The translations under genes and the position numbers were made by a program. The notes beneath the pieces were generated by a model. The model was not told the origin of the DNA and made no database searches. It saw only the letters and a program-made list of their open reading frames with translations. A DNA stretch of 64,000 bases from an uncultured Phycisphaerales bacterium (lineage in GTDB: Bacteria; Planctomycetota; Phycisphaerae; Tepidisphaerales; Tepidisphaeraceae). Below, in pieces: positions 19,217 through 31,837 of this stretch. The stretch covers positions 608,001 through 672,000 of the forward strand of contig CAWJPJ010000007.1 of the NCBI GenBank assembly GCA_963844715.1, in the 5' to 3' direction. Numbering within the stretch: the stretch's first letter is position 1; every line of letters begins with the position of its first letter.

Positions 19217-19948
19217 GTGTTTCAACAAATCCTTCAGCTTCTTCCTCATGACCCTGGAAATACCACGCTGATGATCGCCCTCGGGGGCGCTCTGCTCGGC
19301 GTGTTGCTTTGGGTCATCGGCGTCCGGATCGGACGGGTGATCATGACGCTCGGCGCGGTTGGCGCCGGCACTGCAATCGGCATGAAATTGCCGGACTGGT
19401 ACGGCTGGAATATCGACCCGATGGGGCCCGGCGTCGGACTCGCCCTGGTTCTGGGCCTGACGGCGTACGCGCTGTATCGCTTTTACATTGGAGCGGCGCT
19501 GACCGTTCTCCTTACCGCATGGGCAGCGCTGGCGACATGGGTTCTGCTCAAACATGGCAACTTCCACCCGCCGACGTACGCGGGAAATCTTCCGAAATAT
19601 CTGCTCAACTTCTGGGCCGGTCTTCCCCGTGATATGCACCGCTGGATGCCGTACCTCGCGGCGGGATCGTTCCTGGCGGGGATGAGCATTTCCATTCTCT
19701 GGCCAAAGCTCGGCTCGACGATCTTCTGGAGCACCGCCGGCGCAACGACGACATTCTGCACGGTTTCGATCGCCCTTTACCATTTCCGCCCGCATACCCT
19801 CGATCGCCTGCCGCGGCATGTTGGGCCGCAGCTTGCCTGCCTCGGCGGCGCGGTGGCGCTTGGCATGCTCCTGCAATGGGCCATGATGCCGCGGAAAAAG
19901 AAGGAAAAATCGCCGGCTCCCGAGCAACAACCCGAACATTCGCACTGA
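19217..19948 (+). CDS. multi-pass membrane protein
   Basis: Seven or so Gly-rich TM helices; architecture similar to the downstream gene. Confidence 0.7.
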   Translation: MFQQILQLLPHDPGNTTLMIALGGALLGVLLWVIGVRIGRVIMTLGAVGAGTAIGMKLPDWYGWNIDPMGPGVGLALVLGLTAYALYRFYIGAALTVLLTAWAALATWVLLKHGNFHPPTYAGNLPKYLLNFWAGLPRDMHRWMPYLAAGSFLAGMSISILWPKLGSTIFWSTAGATTTFCTVSIALYHFRPHTLDRLPRHVGPQLACLGGAVALGMLLQWAMMPRKKKEKSPAPEQQPEHSH

Positions 19949-19957
19949 GGACTGATC

Positions 19958-20647
19958 ATGCCAGCATTGAATTACTCGTATATTCTCGCGGCTGAAGCCG
20001 CCGGAAGGCCACTGCATGTGACCTTTCCACAGCCCAACGATTTGCTCACCTGGTGCCAGGAAATGCGCCCCGGGACGTCCATGATGTTGATCATCCTGGG
20101 CGTGATTTATCTGCTGTTCGGATACCGGATCATCAAGACGCTGGTGATGCTCAACGCGATCGTGCTTGGGGCGGTGATCGGAGCGTCCATCGGAGGCAAG
20201 GGGGAGACGGCGTTGGCGTGCGCGATCATCGGGGCGTTCGCGGCCGGGGCGATCACCTGGCCGGCGATGAAATACGCCGTTGCGCTCATGGGCGGGTTGA
20301 TCGGCGCGATGATCGGGGGCGCCGTGTGGCATGCCGCGGGATTGGAGCCGAGTCTTGCCTGGGCAGGCGCGCTGGTCGGGCTGATCGGGTTCGGGCTCCT
20401 CTGCTTCATCCTCTTCCGCGGCAGCGTGATGATGTACACTAGCTTGCAGGGCGCGGTCATGCTCGTGCTCGGCGCGCTGGGCTTGCTCTACAAATATCAG
20501 GAAGTTGCGCCGCAGCTCACGACGCATCTGCACATGGAGCCGTTCCTGCTCCCGGCGGCAGTGGTGATCCCCGCGATGATCGGGTTGATCTTCCAGCAGC
20601 ATCATACCGCTACGGCGGGCGGCGGCGGGCACGGCGGGAAGAAATAA
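19958..20647 (+). CDS. DUF4203-like membrane protein
   Basis: YLLFGYRIIK...TSLQGA pattern; GAGG RBS. Confidence 0.7.
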   Translation: MPALNYSYILAAEAAGRPLHVTFPQPNDLLTWCQEMRPGTSMMLIILGVIYLLFGYRIIKTLVMLNAIVLGAVIGASIGGKGETALACAIIGAFAAGAITWPAMKYAVALMGGLIGAMIGGAVWHAAGLEPSLAWAGALVGLIGFGLLCFILFRGSVMMYTSLQGAVMLVLGALGLLYKYQEVAPQLTTHLHMEPFLLPAAVVIPAMIGLIFQQHHTATAGGGGHGGKK

Positions 20648-20701
20648 TCGCTTCCCGGCCTCGTTTTAGCGGGTGGTGGGGGTGGGTTCTTCTGGGTGTG
20701 C

Positions 20702-21893
20702 ATGCGCGCACTTCGCATCGCCTTCATAACGCCCGGGTTCGTCACTGAGGGGAACACCGCCAGCGGGCTTGGCAATTACATCAACAAGATGACGCAGGCT
20801 CTTCTGGCAGCCGGGCATGTGCCGGAGATATTTGTCTGTAGTTTTGAAGACTCGCGCGAGATCAATCACCAGGGAGTCTGTGTCCACCGGGTTTATCCAA
20901 AACTACCGGGGGGATGGAAACGCTGGTTTCAGGAGACGCCGGCGGTCCCGATCCTGGGGCAATTTCGCCAAACCGGAAGAATCCGCTCGCAAATGGCGAC
21001 GCTTGCGGCGGCGTTTGACGCGCGGGATCGCGAGGCCCCGTTTGATCTCGTGCAAAGCCCCGACTCGCATGGGTGCGGCAGCGACATCCACCCGCGTCCG
21101 GGGCGTCCGCATCTGGTGCGGTGCAGCATCATGGCGGAGCTGAACGCCGTCCATGAGCAGGCAAAACCGCCGGTTTTTCCGACCTGGCAGGCGCGATACG
21201 AATTGCGTGCCGTCGAGCGAGCCGAGATCGCATACGCCCCCAGCCAATTCGGCGCGGACTATTACCAGAAGCGGCTGCATCGTCCGGTGCACGTGGTGCG
21301 TCCGCCGGCGCTGATCGAGGTTCCGCCGTGCGACGTTCCCGTGGCGGGACTTCCGGAGAAATATCTGCTGCATTTCGGGACGCTGAATCCGTCCAAGGGG
21401 ACGCTCTGGCTCGCCGATGCGCTACCACTGGCCTGGCAGAGGGAGCCGGACCTCAAGATCGTCATCGCGGGGCGGATTTTCAATATCGATACCGATGCTC
21501 TCAAACGGCAGTGGGGGCCGAGGAGCGCAAATGTGCTGTTTCTCGGGCGCACTCCCCAAGCCGCAACTTTACACCGTTTTGCGCGGTGCTGCGGCTGCGA
21601 TCATTCCCTCGATCATCGACAATCTTCCGAACACCGCGATCGAAAGCTTGCTGCTTGGAATCCCGGTCATCGGCACGCGCGGGGCGAGCATCGATGAACT
21701 GGTTACCGACGGCGTCACCGGCGAGCTGGTGCCGCTCCATGATGTGACCGGGCTGGCCGAGGCGATGGTTCGCGCCTGGAGCGGGGCCTCGCCGGCGCAC
21801 TGCGGATTCAAATGGGAAAGCCCTATCGCCGAGCAGATGCGGCCGCAGCAGGCGGTCCAGAATTTTCTGGACTTGGCAGGCTTGAACCCCTGA
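20702..21893 (+). CDS. GT4 glycosyltransferase (frameshift near 21555)
   Basis: RIAFITP, GLGNY, FGTLNPSKG; second frame DNLPNTAIESLLLGIPVIGT. Confidence 0.88.
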
Positions 21894-21993
21894 AGAAAGC
21901 TGCCAAATCAGCAGTTCGCGTACGGAAGCATTTTCCCCCATCCATAAATCACGGATACTGAGTACCTTACACCGGCCGCGCTCCGGCGGTTTC

Positions 21994-22009
21994 TGGTCCC
22001 CAATTTGCT
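21994..22009 (+). promoter_or_regulatory. sigma54-type promoter of clpB
   Basis: TGGTCCCCAATTTGCT (GG-N10-GC); predicted +1 about 2 nt before the ATG. Confidence 0.5.
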
Positions 22010-22021
22010 TTGTGATGGGCG

Positions 22022-24620
22022 ATGCGATTTGAGAAATTTACGATCAAGGCTCAGGAGGCGGTGGTTCGCGCTCAGCAGATTGCCGAGCAGCAGAGCCACG
22101 CTGAGATCACGCCGCTGCATTTGCTGAGCGCTTTGCTCGCTGAATCGGACGGCGTGGTGAAGCCGCTCCTTCAGAAACTGGGGGCCGACCCGGATCGTCT
22201 TTCGCAGTTAACCGAATCAGAACTTCAACGCTTGCCGAAAGCCACCGGCACGCAAACCGGTCCGAGCCGGACGCTGAACGACGTTTTCAATCATGCCCAA
22301 AAAGACGCGGATCGTCTCAAGGATGAATACGTCTCGACCGAACATCTTCTGCTGGCGTTGGCGCAGGTCAAAAGCGATGCAAAGGAGATTCTATCCGTCA
22401 ACGGCGTGGCGCATGATTCGATCCTGGCCGCGCTCAAAGACGTCCGCGGCGGGTCGCGCGTCACGGATCAGAATCCGGAGGAAAAGTATCAAGCCTTGCA
22501 GCGCTACGGGCGCGATCTGATTGAAATGGCCCGGCAGGGGAAGATCGACCCCGTCATCGGTCGCGACGAAGAAATCCGCCGGACCATGCAGGTCCTTTCC
22601 CGGCGTACGAAAAACAACCCGGTGCTGATCGGGGAGCCGGGGGTGGGCAAAACCGCCATCGTCGAAGGCCTGGCGATCCGCATGCTGAACGGCGACGTGC
22701 CGTCGGTGCTTCAGAACAAGCGCATCATCGCCCTGGACATGGGGGCTTTGATCGCCGGGGCGAAATTCCGCGGCGAGTTTGAGGAGCGGCTGAAGGCCGT
22801 CATCAAGGAAGTCACCCAGAGCGACGGGCAAATCATTCTCTTTATCGACGAGTTGCACACAGTCGTCGGCGCGGGACGAGCCGAGGGGTCGATGGACGCG
22901 GGGAATCTGCTTAAGCCCGCGCTGGCGCGGGGCGAGCTTCGCACCATCGGCGCGACGACGCTGGATGAATATCACAAGCACATTGAGAAGGACGCAGCGC
23001 TGGAGCGGCGTTTCCAGCCGATCCTGGTCGGCGAGCCGAGCGTGGAGGACACGATCGCGATCCTGCGCGGCCTCAAACAGCGGTACGAAACGCACCACGG
23101 CGTGCGGATCACGGACAACGCCATCGTTTCGGCGGCCGTGCTTTCGGATCGGTATATCAGCGATAGGTTTCTCCCGGACAAGGCGATCGACCTCATCGAC
23201 GAAGCCGCGAGCCGTCTGCGCATCGAGAACGACTCGATGCCGGCCGAGCTGGACGAAATCCGCCGGCGGATTATGCAGCTACAGATCGAACTGGAGGCCC
23301 TTCGCCGTGAAAAGGATCCCGCCTCTCAGCAGCAGCGCGGCAAGGCGGAGCGCGAGTTTTCGGAATTGCAGGAGAAGAACACGAAGCTGACGGCCCGGTG
23401 GGAGAATGAAGTCGGCGCGATGCGGGCGATCAAGACGATTCAGGAACAGCTCGACAACAAGCAGGTGGAACTTGAGCAGGCGCAGCGGCAAAACAACTGG
23501 GAAGCCGCCGCGCGGATTCAATACGGCGAGATGCGCGATCTGAACCGGAAATTGGAGGAAGCTCAGACGCGCCTGCGCGATCTGTCCAAGTCCGGGCAGG
23601 CGATGGTGAAGGAGGAAGTCACCAGCGAGGAGATTGCCGCCGTGGTGAGCCGCTGGACGGGCGTTCCGGTGAGCCGCATGCTCGAGGGGGAGCGAGAAAA
23701 GCTGCTGCACATGGAGGAGCGGCTGGGCAAGCGCGTGATCGGCCAGGACAAGGCGGTCAAGGCGATCGCCGACGCTGTCCGGCGCAACCGCGCCGGGCTG
23801 GGCGATCCGCATCGGCCGATCGGCTCGTTCCTATTCCTCGGCCCCACAGGCGTCGGAAAAACCGAGCTATCCAAGGCGTTGGCGGAATTTCTCTTTGACG
23901 ACGAAAACGCCATGGTCCGCATCGACATGAGCGAATTCATGGAGCCGCACTCCGTCGCCCGCCTGATCGGCGGCGCCGCCGGGATATGTCGGCTACGAAG
24001 AAGGGGGCCGGCTTACGGAAGCCGTCCGGCGCCGCCCCTATTGCGTCATTCTTTTCGACGAAATCGAAAAAGCCCATCCCGACGTCTTCAATGTGCTGCT
24101 TCAGGTGCTGGACGACGGCCGTCTCACCGACGGGCAGGGGCGCACGGTCAATTTCAAGAACTCGGTCATCGTCATGACGAGCAACATCGGAAGCAGCGAG
24201 ATTCAGAAACTCTCCGACCGCGCGGCCGAGCATTGGGAAGTCGAGGCGGCGGTGCAGTCGCTGCTCAAGGACCATTTCCGCCCGGAATTTCTCAACCGCA
24301 TCGACGAGATCATCCTGTTCCATTCGCTAAGCAAGGAGCAATTGGCCAAGATCGTGGATGTGCAGATCGAGCACCTGCGACAAGCACTGGCGGATCGGAA
24401 TATTCGCATGGAACTCAGCGATGCCGCGAAAAAGCTGCTGGCGGAAGAGGGATATGATCCCACGTATGGAGCCCGGCCTCTGAAGCGGGTGATTCAGCAG
24501 CGGATCGAAAACCCGGTCGCCGGGGAAATTCTTGGCGGTGAATTCGGGGAGGGGGACGTCATTCACATCGACGTTGACTCAGCCAAGCACGATTTCAAGT
24601 TCCGCAAAAGCGCGAGATAA
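22022..24620 (+). CDS. clpB: ATP-dependent chaperone ClpB (frameshift near 23975)
   Basis: GEPGVGKT and GPTGVGKT Walker A motifs, coiled-coil middle domain, GARPLKR. Confidence 0.97.
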
Positions 24621-25706
24621 TCTCCTGGGTAGCGTGGGCGATTGCCTCGGCCGCGCGTTGGGGATGGAGATCGTTTACAGACGAAACGCCGGCCAGGTGA
24701 AGGGATTGGAAATCCGCGCCGTCCTCTACCGATCCGACCACCGCATAGCAGGGGATTCGCTCTTTCGCGCACGCTTCCGCCACGCCCGAGACCACTTTCC
24801 CGCCGATACTTTGCCGGTCCAATCGCCCTTCGCCGGTGATGCACAACTGGCTTGCCGCCAGCCGCCCGCTGAACGCCACCGCCTCCATCACGATTTTCGT
24901 GCCGCTTTGCAGCGTGGCCCCGAAAAATGCTGCCATGCCGAATCCAACTCCGCCCGCCGCGCCGCTGCCGGGCAGTTCGGTGATCGCCATTTTGTTATTC
25001 CGTCGCGCCAGTTCGCGCAGGGCCGCGTCGATCTGAGGAATCTGCTCCGGCATCGCGCCCTTTTGCGGGCCAAAAACCGCCGCCGCGCCGCGCTCGCCAA
25101 GGAGGGGATTATTCACATCGCAGGCGACGACGATGCGAACCTTTTCGATGGCGCTGCCGCGTCCGCGTTTGATCAGCACGACTTTATCCAGATCGCGCCC
25201 GGTGAGCGGTTCGGTGGCGGAAAGCGGCTCGCCGTCTTTGAGGAGCACCGGCAGTTCGCATGCCTGGGCGATTCCAATTCCGCCGTCGATCGTCGCGCTC
25301 CCGCCGATTCCAAGGATGATCGTCTGTGCCCCGCGCCGCATGGCGGCCATGAGAAGTTCGCCGGTTCCGAAGGTCGTCGTCGCCAGGGGATTGCGATCCT
25401 CGGGCCTCAGCAGCGCCAGTCCGCTTGCCGCGGCCAATTCCACGACGGCGGTCTTCCCATCCCCCAGAAATCCGAATCGCGCCTCGACTTTCATTTCTGG
25501 AAGCGGGCACGTAACGACCGCCGTTTCAAATCTCCCTCCTGTCGCGGCAACGAGCGCATCAACCGTTCCTTCGCCCCCATCGGCGAGCGGGCATGAATCG
25601 ATTTCGATATTTGCGTCGGCGCGGCGCACGCCATCGGCCATCGCATCGGCCACATTCCGGTGCTCAAGCATCCCTTGAATTTATCCGGGGCCAATAGCAC
25701 GCGCAT
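24595..25706 (-). CDS. glycerate kinase (frameshift near 25660)
   Basis: [39 protein letters not shown]. Confidence 0.93.
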
Positions 25707-25735
25707 CGATGTTGATCATACTTCATTCGCAGGCC

Positions 25736-25777
25736 CGTCCCGTCCCCAGCCCTCCCCCGGAGTACGAGGAGAGGGAG
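25736..25777. repeat. REP-like palindrome
   Basis: cctcccccggagtacgaggagaggg, similar to 17764-17804. Confidence 0.5.
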
Positions 25778-25794
25778 AAAAAAAGGACGCGCAT

Positions 25795-27117
25795 TTACTG
25801 TCCGAAATCGAGCACTCCGAATCCCAACTGGTCGTCGCGAATGACGCCGATTCGCACCTTCCCGCTATCGGGCAATCTCCCCAGCAGGGCGGCCAGATCG
25901 TCCAGCGTCGAAATTCGAAACCGCCCGAGCTGTACCACTATATCGCCCGGCTGCACGCCCGCCCGGGCCGAGATGCTGTCCTGCGTGACGGCATCGACGA
26001 AGAGGCCGTCCTCTTCCGTCATATGATATTTGTCTGCCAGCCCGGGCGTCATTGGCTCGATGGTCAGCCCCAGCTTTTCCTTCGCCTCCACGATGGCGTC
26101 GGGGAGAGGAGTGGGATGGGGAACAACGGCCTGGGTCTGCCCGTCCGCGAATTTGATGTTGATCGGCTGCCCATTTTTGGCCCGAAGGAGCAGATCGCAA
26201 GCGTCCACGATGTTCCGCGGCGAAACCCCGTCGATCGACCGCACTACTTTCGGCGGGTCGTCCCGGGTCACGACTTCCGTCACGATCTTCGCCGGCGGGA
26301 TTATGCTTGCGCCGTTCCGCCAATTTGATCGGCACGTCCAGTTTCTTCACCTGCGAGGGATTCATCAGCTCCGGAATCAAATCGCGCATCCGATTGACCG
26401 GAATGGCAAACCCGATGTTTTGCGCATCCGATCGAATCGCCGTGTTGATGCCGATGACTTGGCCGTACGCGTTAAGCAAGGGGCCGCCGCTGTTCCCGGG
26501 GTTGATCGCCGCGTCCGTCTGGATCAGATTTTTCAGCGCCTGGGGTTCGTCGTTGTCCTTCAGATCGCGATGGAGTGCTGAAACGATTCCCTGGCTCACG
26601 CTATGGCTGAAGCCGAACGGGTTTCCGATCGCGATGGCCGGCTCGCCGATCATCAGGTCGTCGCTGTCCCCTCACACAAGCGTCGGGAAGGGGTGAGGGT
26701 CGGTGATTTTCAAAATCGCCAGATCGGCGTCGGAATCGGCGCTGATGAGCTGGGCCGGGAGCTTCCGTCCATCGTCCAGTTCCACGGTGATTTCCCTCGC
26801 CCGATCGACGACGTGGTTGTTGGTCACGACGTAACCGTCCTCATGGATGAGAAATCCGCTTCCGAGCGAATTGGCGGGGACTTTCATCTCCTGGCCGATG
26901 TCGAACTGCTGCCAAAATGGATCATCCCCGAACGGATTCATCCGTCGGGTGATCAGCTTGGTGGCCGAGATGTTGACGACCGCCCCCTTGGCCTTTTCGA
27001 CGACCTCCACGACAACCGTGCGCCGCAAATTAATCGACTCCGGCGGATCGGGCGCAGTGTCGGAGCGGACAGGCAAATCAGAAGAAGTGGAAGGAGGAAC
27101 CAGCGAGCCTGAATCAT
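25795..27117 (-). CDS. HtrA/DegP-like serine protease with PDZ domains (three frameshifts)
   Basis: Signal peptide MIQARWFLLPLLLICL; TNNHVV, DLAILK, QTDAAINPGNSGGPL; PDZ C-terminus. Confidence 0.9.
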
Positions 27118-27181
27118 TCCAATATTTTAACACCTTGCCGGCTTGGGCATGGCATCAGGGCTATCGGAATGGAACGGAAAG

Positions 27182-29133
27182 TTAGACTTTGACTGAGACG
27201 GAAACGGGCGATTCCCGCCGCGACGGGACCGCATCGCAAATGCTCTGGGCGATGGCCTGGGCGTCCAAACCGACTTCGGCCAGCTGCTGCTTGCGCGTGG
27301 CGTGGGCGATAAGCCGGTCGGGAATGCCAAGGCACGAGATCCGGGCCGTGGGCAGATGATGGGTGACAGCATATTCCAATACCGCTGAGCCAAAACCGTT
27401 CTGGAGGGAGTGGTCTTCCACCGTCAGCACCGGGCGCCCCGATCGGAGCACACGCGCGAGCATCGCCCCATCGACGGGTTTGCAGAATCGGGCGTCGATG
27501 ACTTCCACGCTCAATCGATCTGCCAGATCCTCCGCCGCCTGCATCGCGTTATCCGCCAGGGCACCATAGACGATAACGGTCGCGTCCGTTCCCTCGCGGA
27601 GTACGCGGCTATGGCCAACCTGCCACTCCGCCGTCGCGCTGGCGCGAAGCGAAGGATCGATTCGATCCTCAAAATTCCTGGCCGGGACGTTATCGCGCGG
27701 ATAACGAAGGGCGGAGACCGTATCCAGGCTCAAGGCCAGTCGAAGGGCGCGATTCAATTCCGATTCGTCGCTGGGGGCCATTAAGACCATACCCGGCATC
27801 GGCCGCAAAAATGCCTGATCCATGAATCCATGATGCACCGCGCCGTCATCCCCGACGAACCCAGCGCGATCCATGCAAATGCAAACGGGCAAATGATTTA
27901 GAGCGATTTCCTGCCAGACCTGATCGAAGGCCCGCTGTGTGAAAGTCGAATAGATCGCAGCGAAGGGCGCATTCCCGCTTTGGCCATGCCGGCGGCCATT
28001 GCCGTCAGATGGCTCTCGCATATTCCTGTGTCGAAGTATCGCTTGGGAAACTCTTTTTCGTATTTGCTGAGGCCGGTCCCATCGGGCATCGCGGCGGTAA
28101 GCGCGACGACGCGCGAATCCTTCTTGGCCAGGTCGATCATGGCGTCGGCGTAAGCCGTGGTCCAGCTCTTCCCCGGTCCCTTGGTGATCTCGACGCGGCA
28201 GCCATTCACCTGGAACGCCGCCGGGCTGTGGAATTTTGTCGGTTCATCGCTGGCGATCTGGTAGCCGTTTCCTTTGACCGTTTTGACGTGCAGAATCATC
28301 GGGCCTTGAACGTGCTTGATCTCGCCAAGCATCTCGATCAGACCCGGCAAATCATGCCCATCGAGGGGGCCCATATATTTGATGCCCAGGGTTTCGAATA
28401 TCTGACCCGGCCAAAGGGCGCTCTTAACGCCTTCGGAGACATGCCGCCAGACTTGCTCGACCGTATGACCCACGCCGGTAGGCAAACGCCCGACAACCTT
28501 TTCCGCCAGTCGCTTGGCTTCACCGTACGTCGTGCTGACCCGCACGCGCTCCAAATATTGGCTGAACGCCCCCTGCGGCTGGCTGATGCTCATGCCGTTG
28601 TCATTCAAAATCACCAGAAGCTGCCTGCGAAGGGTCCCCGCGTTGTTCAGGCCTTCAAATGCCAGGCCATTGACGATCGAAGCATCGCCGACGACGGCCA
28701 CGACGTTTGCGTTGGTCTGTCTCAGTTCGGCTCCGCGCGCCATACCGACGGCGGTACTGATTGCCGTCCCGGCGTGGCCCACTGCGAATAGGTCATATGG
28801 AGATTCCAAGGGGCTCGGGAAACCGCCGACGGACCCCTTCTTCCGGAGGGTCGGAAACTGCGCCGCCCGCCCGGTCAGCATCTTGTGTGGGTAGCATTGA
28901 TGTCCCACGTCAAAAAGCAGCCAATCCGGGCCGGCTGGATATGGACCAAAGTCGAAAACGTAGTGCAACGCGATGGTCAATTCGGCCACGCCGAGGTTGC
29001 TGGCGAGGTGCCCGCCGTTTTTGCTGACCGATTCGACGCACCGCTGACGGATTTCGCCCGCCAGAGCGGTCAATTGGGTCATCGAGAGCTTTCGAACGTC
29101 GGACGGAACCTGGATAGAGTCCAGCAAAGCCAT
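27182..29133 (-). CDS. dxs: 1-deoxy-D-xylulose-5-phosphate synthase (frameshift near 27975)
   Basis: GGHLASNLG, DVGHQCYPHK, AIYSTFTQR, DRAG..GDDGAVH. Confidence 0.97.
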
Positions 29134-29236
29134 ACATCTCCTGCCCTTAATGGCCGGTATTTTGTACCCCCAAGCGGATTTCGAGTCTAGAGGCTTAACC
29201 CACAATCTTATGCAGCGGCTGGAATTAGAGACTACG

Positions 29237-30163
29237 TCATACGTTCCGGTCCACCACAAACCTCGCCAGCGCCGCCAAGCCCGCTCCCGCGGGTCCAAAT
29301 AACTTAATCGACTCCAATGCCGCCAAATATTGAGTTTGAGCTTCTTTGCGGCTCGCTTCAAGGCCTAGGAGCATCGGATAAGTGGTCTTCCCCTTATCCG
29401 CATCCTTTCCGGTTGCCTTGCCGAGTTGTTCGGGGGAGGCCGTCTGATCCAGAATGTCATCCACGATTTGGAACGCGAGCCCCACGTGCCGTCCAAAGGC
29501 GCCCAAGGCTTCGATTTGCTGCCTCGGCGCTCCCGCGGCGATGGCGCCCATGCGGCAGGATGCGGTCAAAAGGGCGCCCGTCTTCATTCGATGGAGATGC
29601 TGAAGATCGGGCAGCGTAGTTGGGCCCTTATTGGGATCAATATCGATAACTTGCCCGCCGATCATGCCCTCGGGTCCGGCCGCCGAGGAGAGCTCGCGGA
29701 TCAATTCCACTGCCGACGACCCATCCGCATCGATCGCCAGGATCTCGAACGCCATCGTGGTCATCGCATCCCCGGCCAGGATGGCGACGGCTTCTCCATA
29801 CACCTTGTGATTCGTCGGCCGGCCGCGGCGAAGGTCGTCATCGTCCATGGCCGGCAAGTCGTCGTGCACCAGGCTGAATGTATGGATCAATTCCATCGCG
29901 GCTGCCGCGGCGACCACCGATTTCCATTCGACAGAACCCTCCGCAGCCCCGCAGGCTTTTGCGCTTTCGATGACCAGCGTCGGCCGGAATCGCTTCCCGC
30001 CGGCCATCAGGCTGTATTGAATTGCTTCGATCAGTTTTGGCGGGGCTTTCGGATAACGCTGTGGCAGGCGCTCAAAATATTCGATGACATGTCCGGCGCT
30101 GCCGTGGAGCAGTTCATGAACATCAACGGTGGCCGGTGGGGCCGACAATCCGGATCGATTCAC
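29237..30163 (-). CDS. ispA: polyprenyl diphosphate synthase
   Basis: GGKRFRP; HDDLPAMDDDDLRRG; FQIVDDILD; xseB-ispA-dxs synteny. Confidence 0.93.
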   Translation of the reverse strand: MNRSGLSAPPATVDVHELLHGSAGHVIEYFERLPQRYPKAPPKLIEAIQYSLMAGGKRFRPTLVIESAKACGAAEGSVEWKSVVAAAAAMELIHTFSLVHDDLPAMDDDDLRRGRPTNHKVYGEAVAILAGDAMTTMAFEILAIDADGSSAVELIRELSSAAGPEGMIGGQVIDIDPNKGPTTLPDLQHLHRMKTGALLTASCRMGAIAAGAPRQQIEALGAFGRHVGLAFQIVDDILDQTASPEQLGKATGKDADKGKTTYPMLLGLEASRKEAQTQYLAALESIKLFGPAGAGLAALARFVVDRNV

Positions 30164-30236
30164 GTCTGCCTCTATCCCTGCTGCTCGGTTGGTGTGCCGC
30201 TCCCGGGCAATAACAATAAGCAAAATTCGCGTTCAC

Positions 30237-30485
30237 TCAAGACGATGCATCTTCCAAAGGCTGCGATTGCATCGAGCCATCGGATCCCTTCGATAGCAGT
30301 TCAATCTGCTTCTCCGCGGCTCCAAGCACCCCCCGGCAATGGGCGATCAAAAACGTGCCGCGTTCATATCGAGCCAGGCTCTCCTCCAGGCCGATTTGCC
30401 CAGCCTCGATCTCGGCAAGAATCCGCTCCAGCTCGGTCATGGCGTCTTCAAAGCTTTTGGGGGCGGCTTGCTGCTTCTTGGCCAT
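30237..30485 (-). CDS. xseB: exodeoxyribonuclease VII small subunit
   Basis: SFEDAMTELERIL...LEESLARYERG...C...AE. Confidence 0.95.
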   Translation of the reverse strand: MAKKQQAAPKSFEDAMTELERILAEIEAGQIGLEESLARYERGTFLIAHCRGVLGAAEKQIELLSKGSDGSMQSQPLEDASS

Positions 30486-30633
30486 GGGGGCCGATTATAC
30501 GCCCCGGCGGGGCCCCGATCCAAACCCCCACTTTTTCGCCCAAATCCACTTGTTCTGGGACCTTACGGCGGGATAATTCAACCGGAATATTCTGCCCTGT
30601 CGAACGTTATGAAAATGAAGACCGGAGCTGTGA

Positions 30634-31212
30634 ATGGATACGGAGTTGTCTCCTGAGATCACAACCCCGGTCCGGCGCAGCGACGAAGAGTTGATTCGCC
30701 GCCTGCGCCTCGGTGACGGCGCTGCCGGCGATGAGTTGGTTATGCGGCATGGGCCGGCGCTGCTGAGATATCTCCGGCGGTTGGTCAGAAACGACCATCT
30801 TGCCGAAGAGTTGCATCAGCAGTCTTGGACCAGCATCGTTGAGCATCTGGACCGCTTCGACGTTTCATCCGGCGGCGGCGGTTTCAAGGCATGGCTCTAT
30901 CGCATCGCCACGAATAAGGCGAACGATCATTGGCGGTCGCAGGGACGCGAGAGGGGGGCCAAGGAAGGGTTGAAATTGATCGGCGAAGAGGCCATGCCGG
31001 ACGCCAGCCATCGCGCCGACGCCGTCGAGCAGCATGAAAAGCTCCGCAAGGCGATCGATTCCTTGCCGGAGCATCAGAGACAGGTTCTTATGTTGCGGTA
31101 TTACGGAAATCTCAAGTTCATTGAGATCGCGCAGATGCTTGGGTGCCCGCTCAATACCGCTCTGGGGAGAATGCACAAGGCGATGCTCCGCCTGAAGCAG
31201 GTGATGTCATGA
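30634..31212 (+). CDS. ECF sigma factor
   Basis: SDEELI; FKAWLYRIATN; region 4 EIAQMLGCPLNT. Confidence 0.92.
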   Translation: MDTELSPEITTPVRRSDEELIRRLRLGDGAAGDELVMRHGPALLRYLRRLVRNDHLAEELHQQSWTSIVEHLDRFDVSSGGGGFKAWLYRIATNKANDHWRSQGRERGAKEGLKLIGEEAMPDASHRADAVEQHEKLRKAIDSLPEHQRQVLMLRYYGNLKFIEIAQMLGCPLNTALGRMHKAMLRLKQVMS

Positions 31213-31826
31213 AAAGCATCCTCAACGAGCTTCCCGACGATGAGTCGATTCTGCTGTTGTATCTGGCGAATGAATTGCCGTCGGGAGATCGTCAGAAAGT
31301 TGAGCAGCGTCTTGCCGCCGACGGCGAGCTGCGCGCCAAGCTTCAGGAACTGAGCCAACTTCGCGATTTTTGCCAGAATTCGATCCGTTCGCTCGACGAG
31401 CACGAATCCGGCGAACACATGGAATCCGCGGCGATGCGCCGCGCCGGTCGTATGCTCCAGCAATGGGCTCTGCGCCGGCGCCGTCCCGCCGAGGCGGCGC
31501 CGCAGATCGCCCGATCCATCCCCTGGCTGCGGTATGGTCTGTCCGCCGCGGCGATGATGGGCCTGGTTTATCTCGTCTGGTGGAGCAATCATCCGGTGGC
31601 GCCGATCACCGATCAGATCGTTGATTCCGTCAATACCGGCGATCAAGCTCCGCCTGCCGATGCCGCCGACACGCTCTCGCCTGAAGTCAAACTTTCCATG
31701 CTGCTCAATACGATGGATGCCAGCGCGGCGGATGACGTGCCGGATCGTCAGGTCGTCGCCCTCGGCGTGAAATCCGACGACATTAATTTCTCCGTTGATC
31801 TTCCACCTGCAGGCAATTCCCAATGA
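31209..31826 (+). CDS. putative single-TM anti-sigma factor
   Basis: ATGA-coupled to the ECF gene; LLLYLANEL...VEQRL anti-sigma-like N-terminus, one TM helix. Confidence 0.7.
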   Translation: MKSILNELPDDESILLLYLANELPSGDRQKVEQRLAADGELRAKLQELSQLRDFCQNSIRSLDEHESGEHMESAAMRRAGRMLQQWALRRRRPAEAAPQIARSIPWLRYGLSAAAMMGLVYLVWWSNHPVAPITDQIVDSVNTGDQAPPADAADTLSPEVKLSMLLNTMDASAADDVPDRQVVALGVKSDDINFSVDLPPAGNSQ

Positions 31827-31837
31827 CGGGTGATGCC

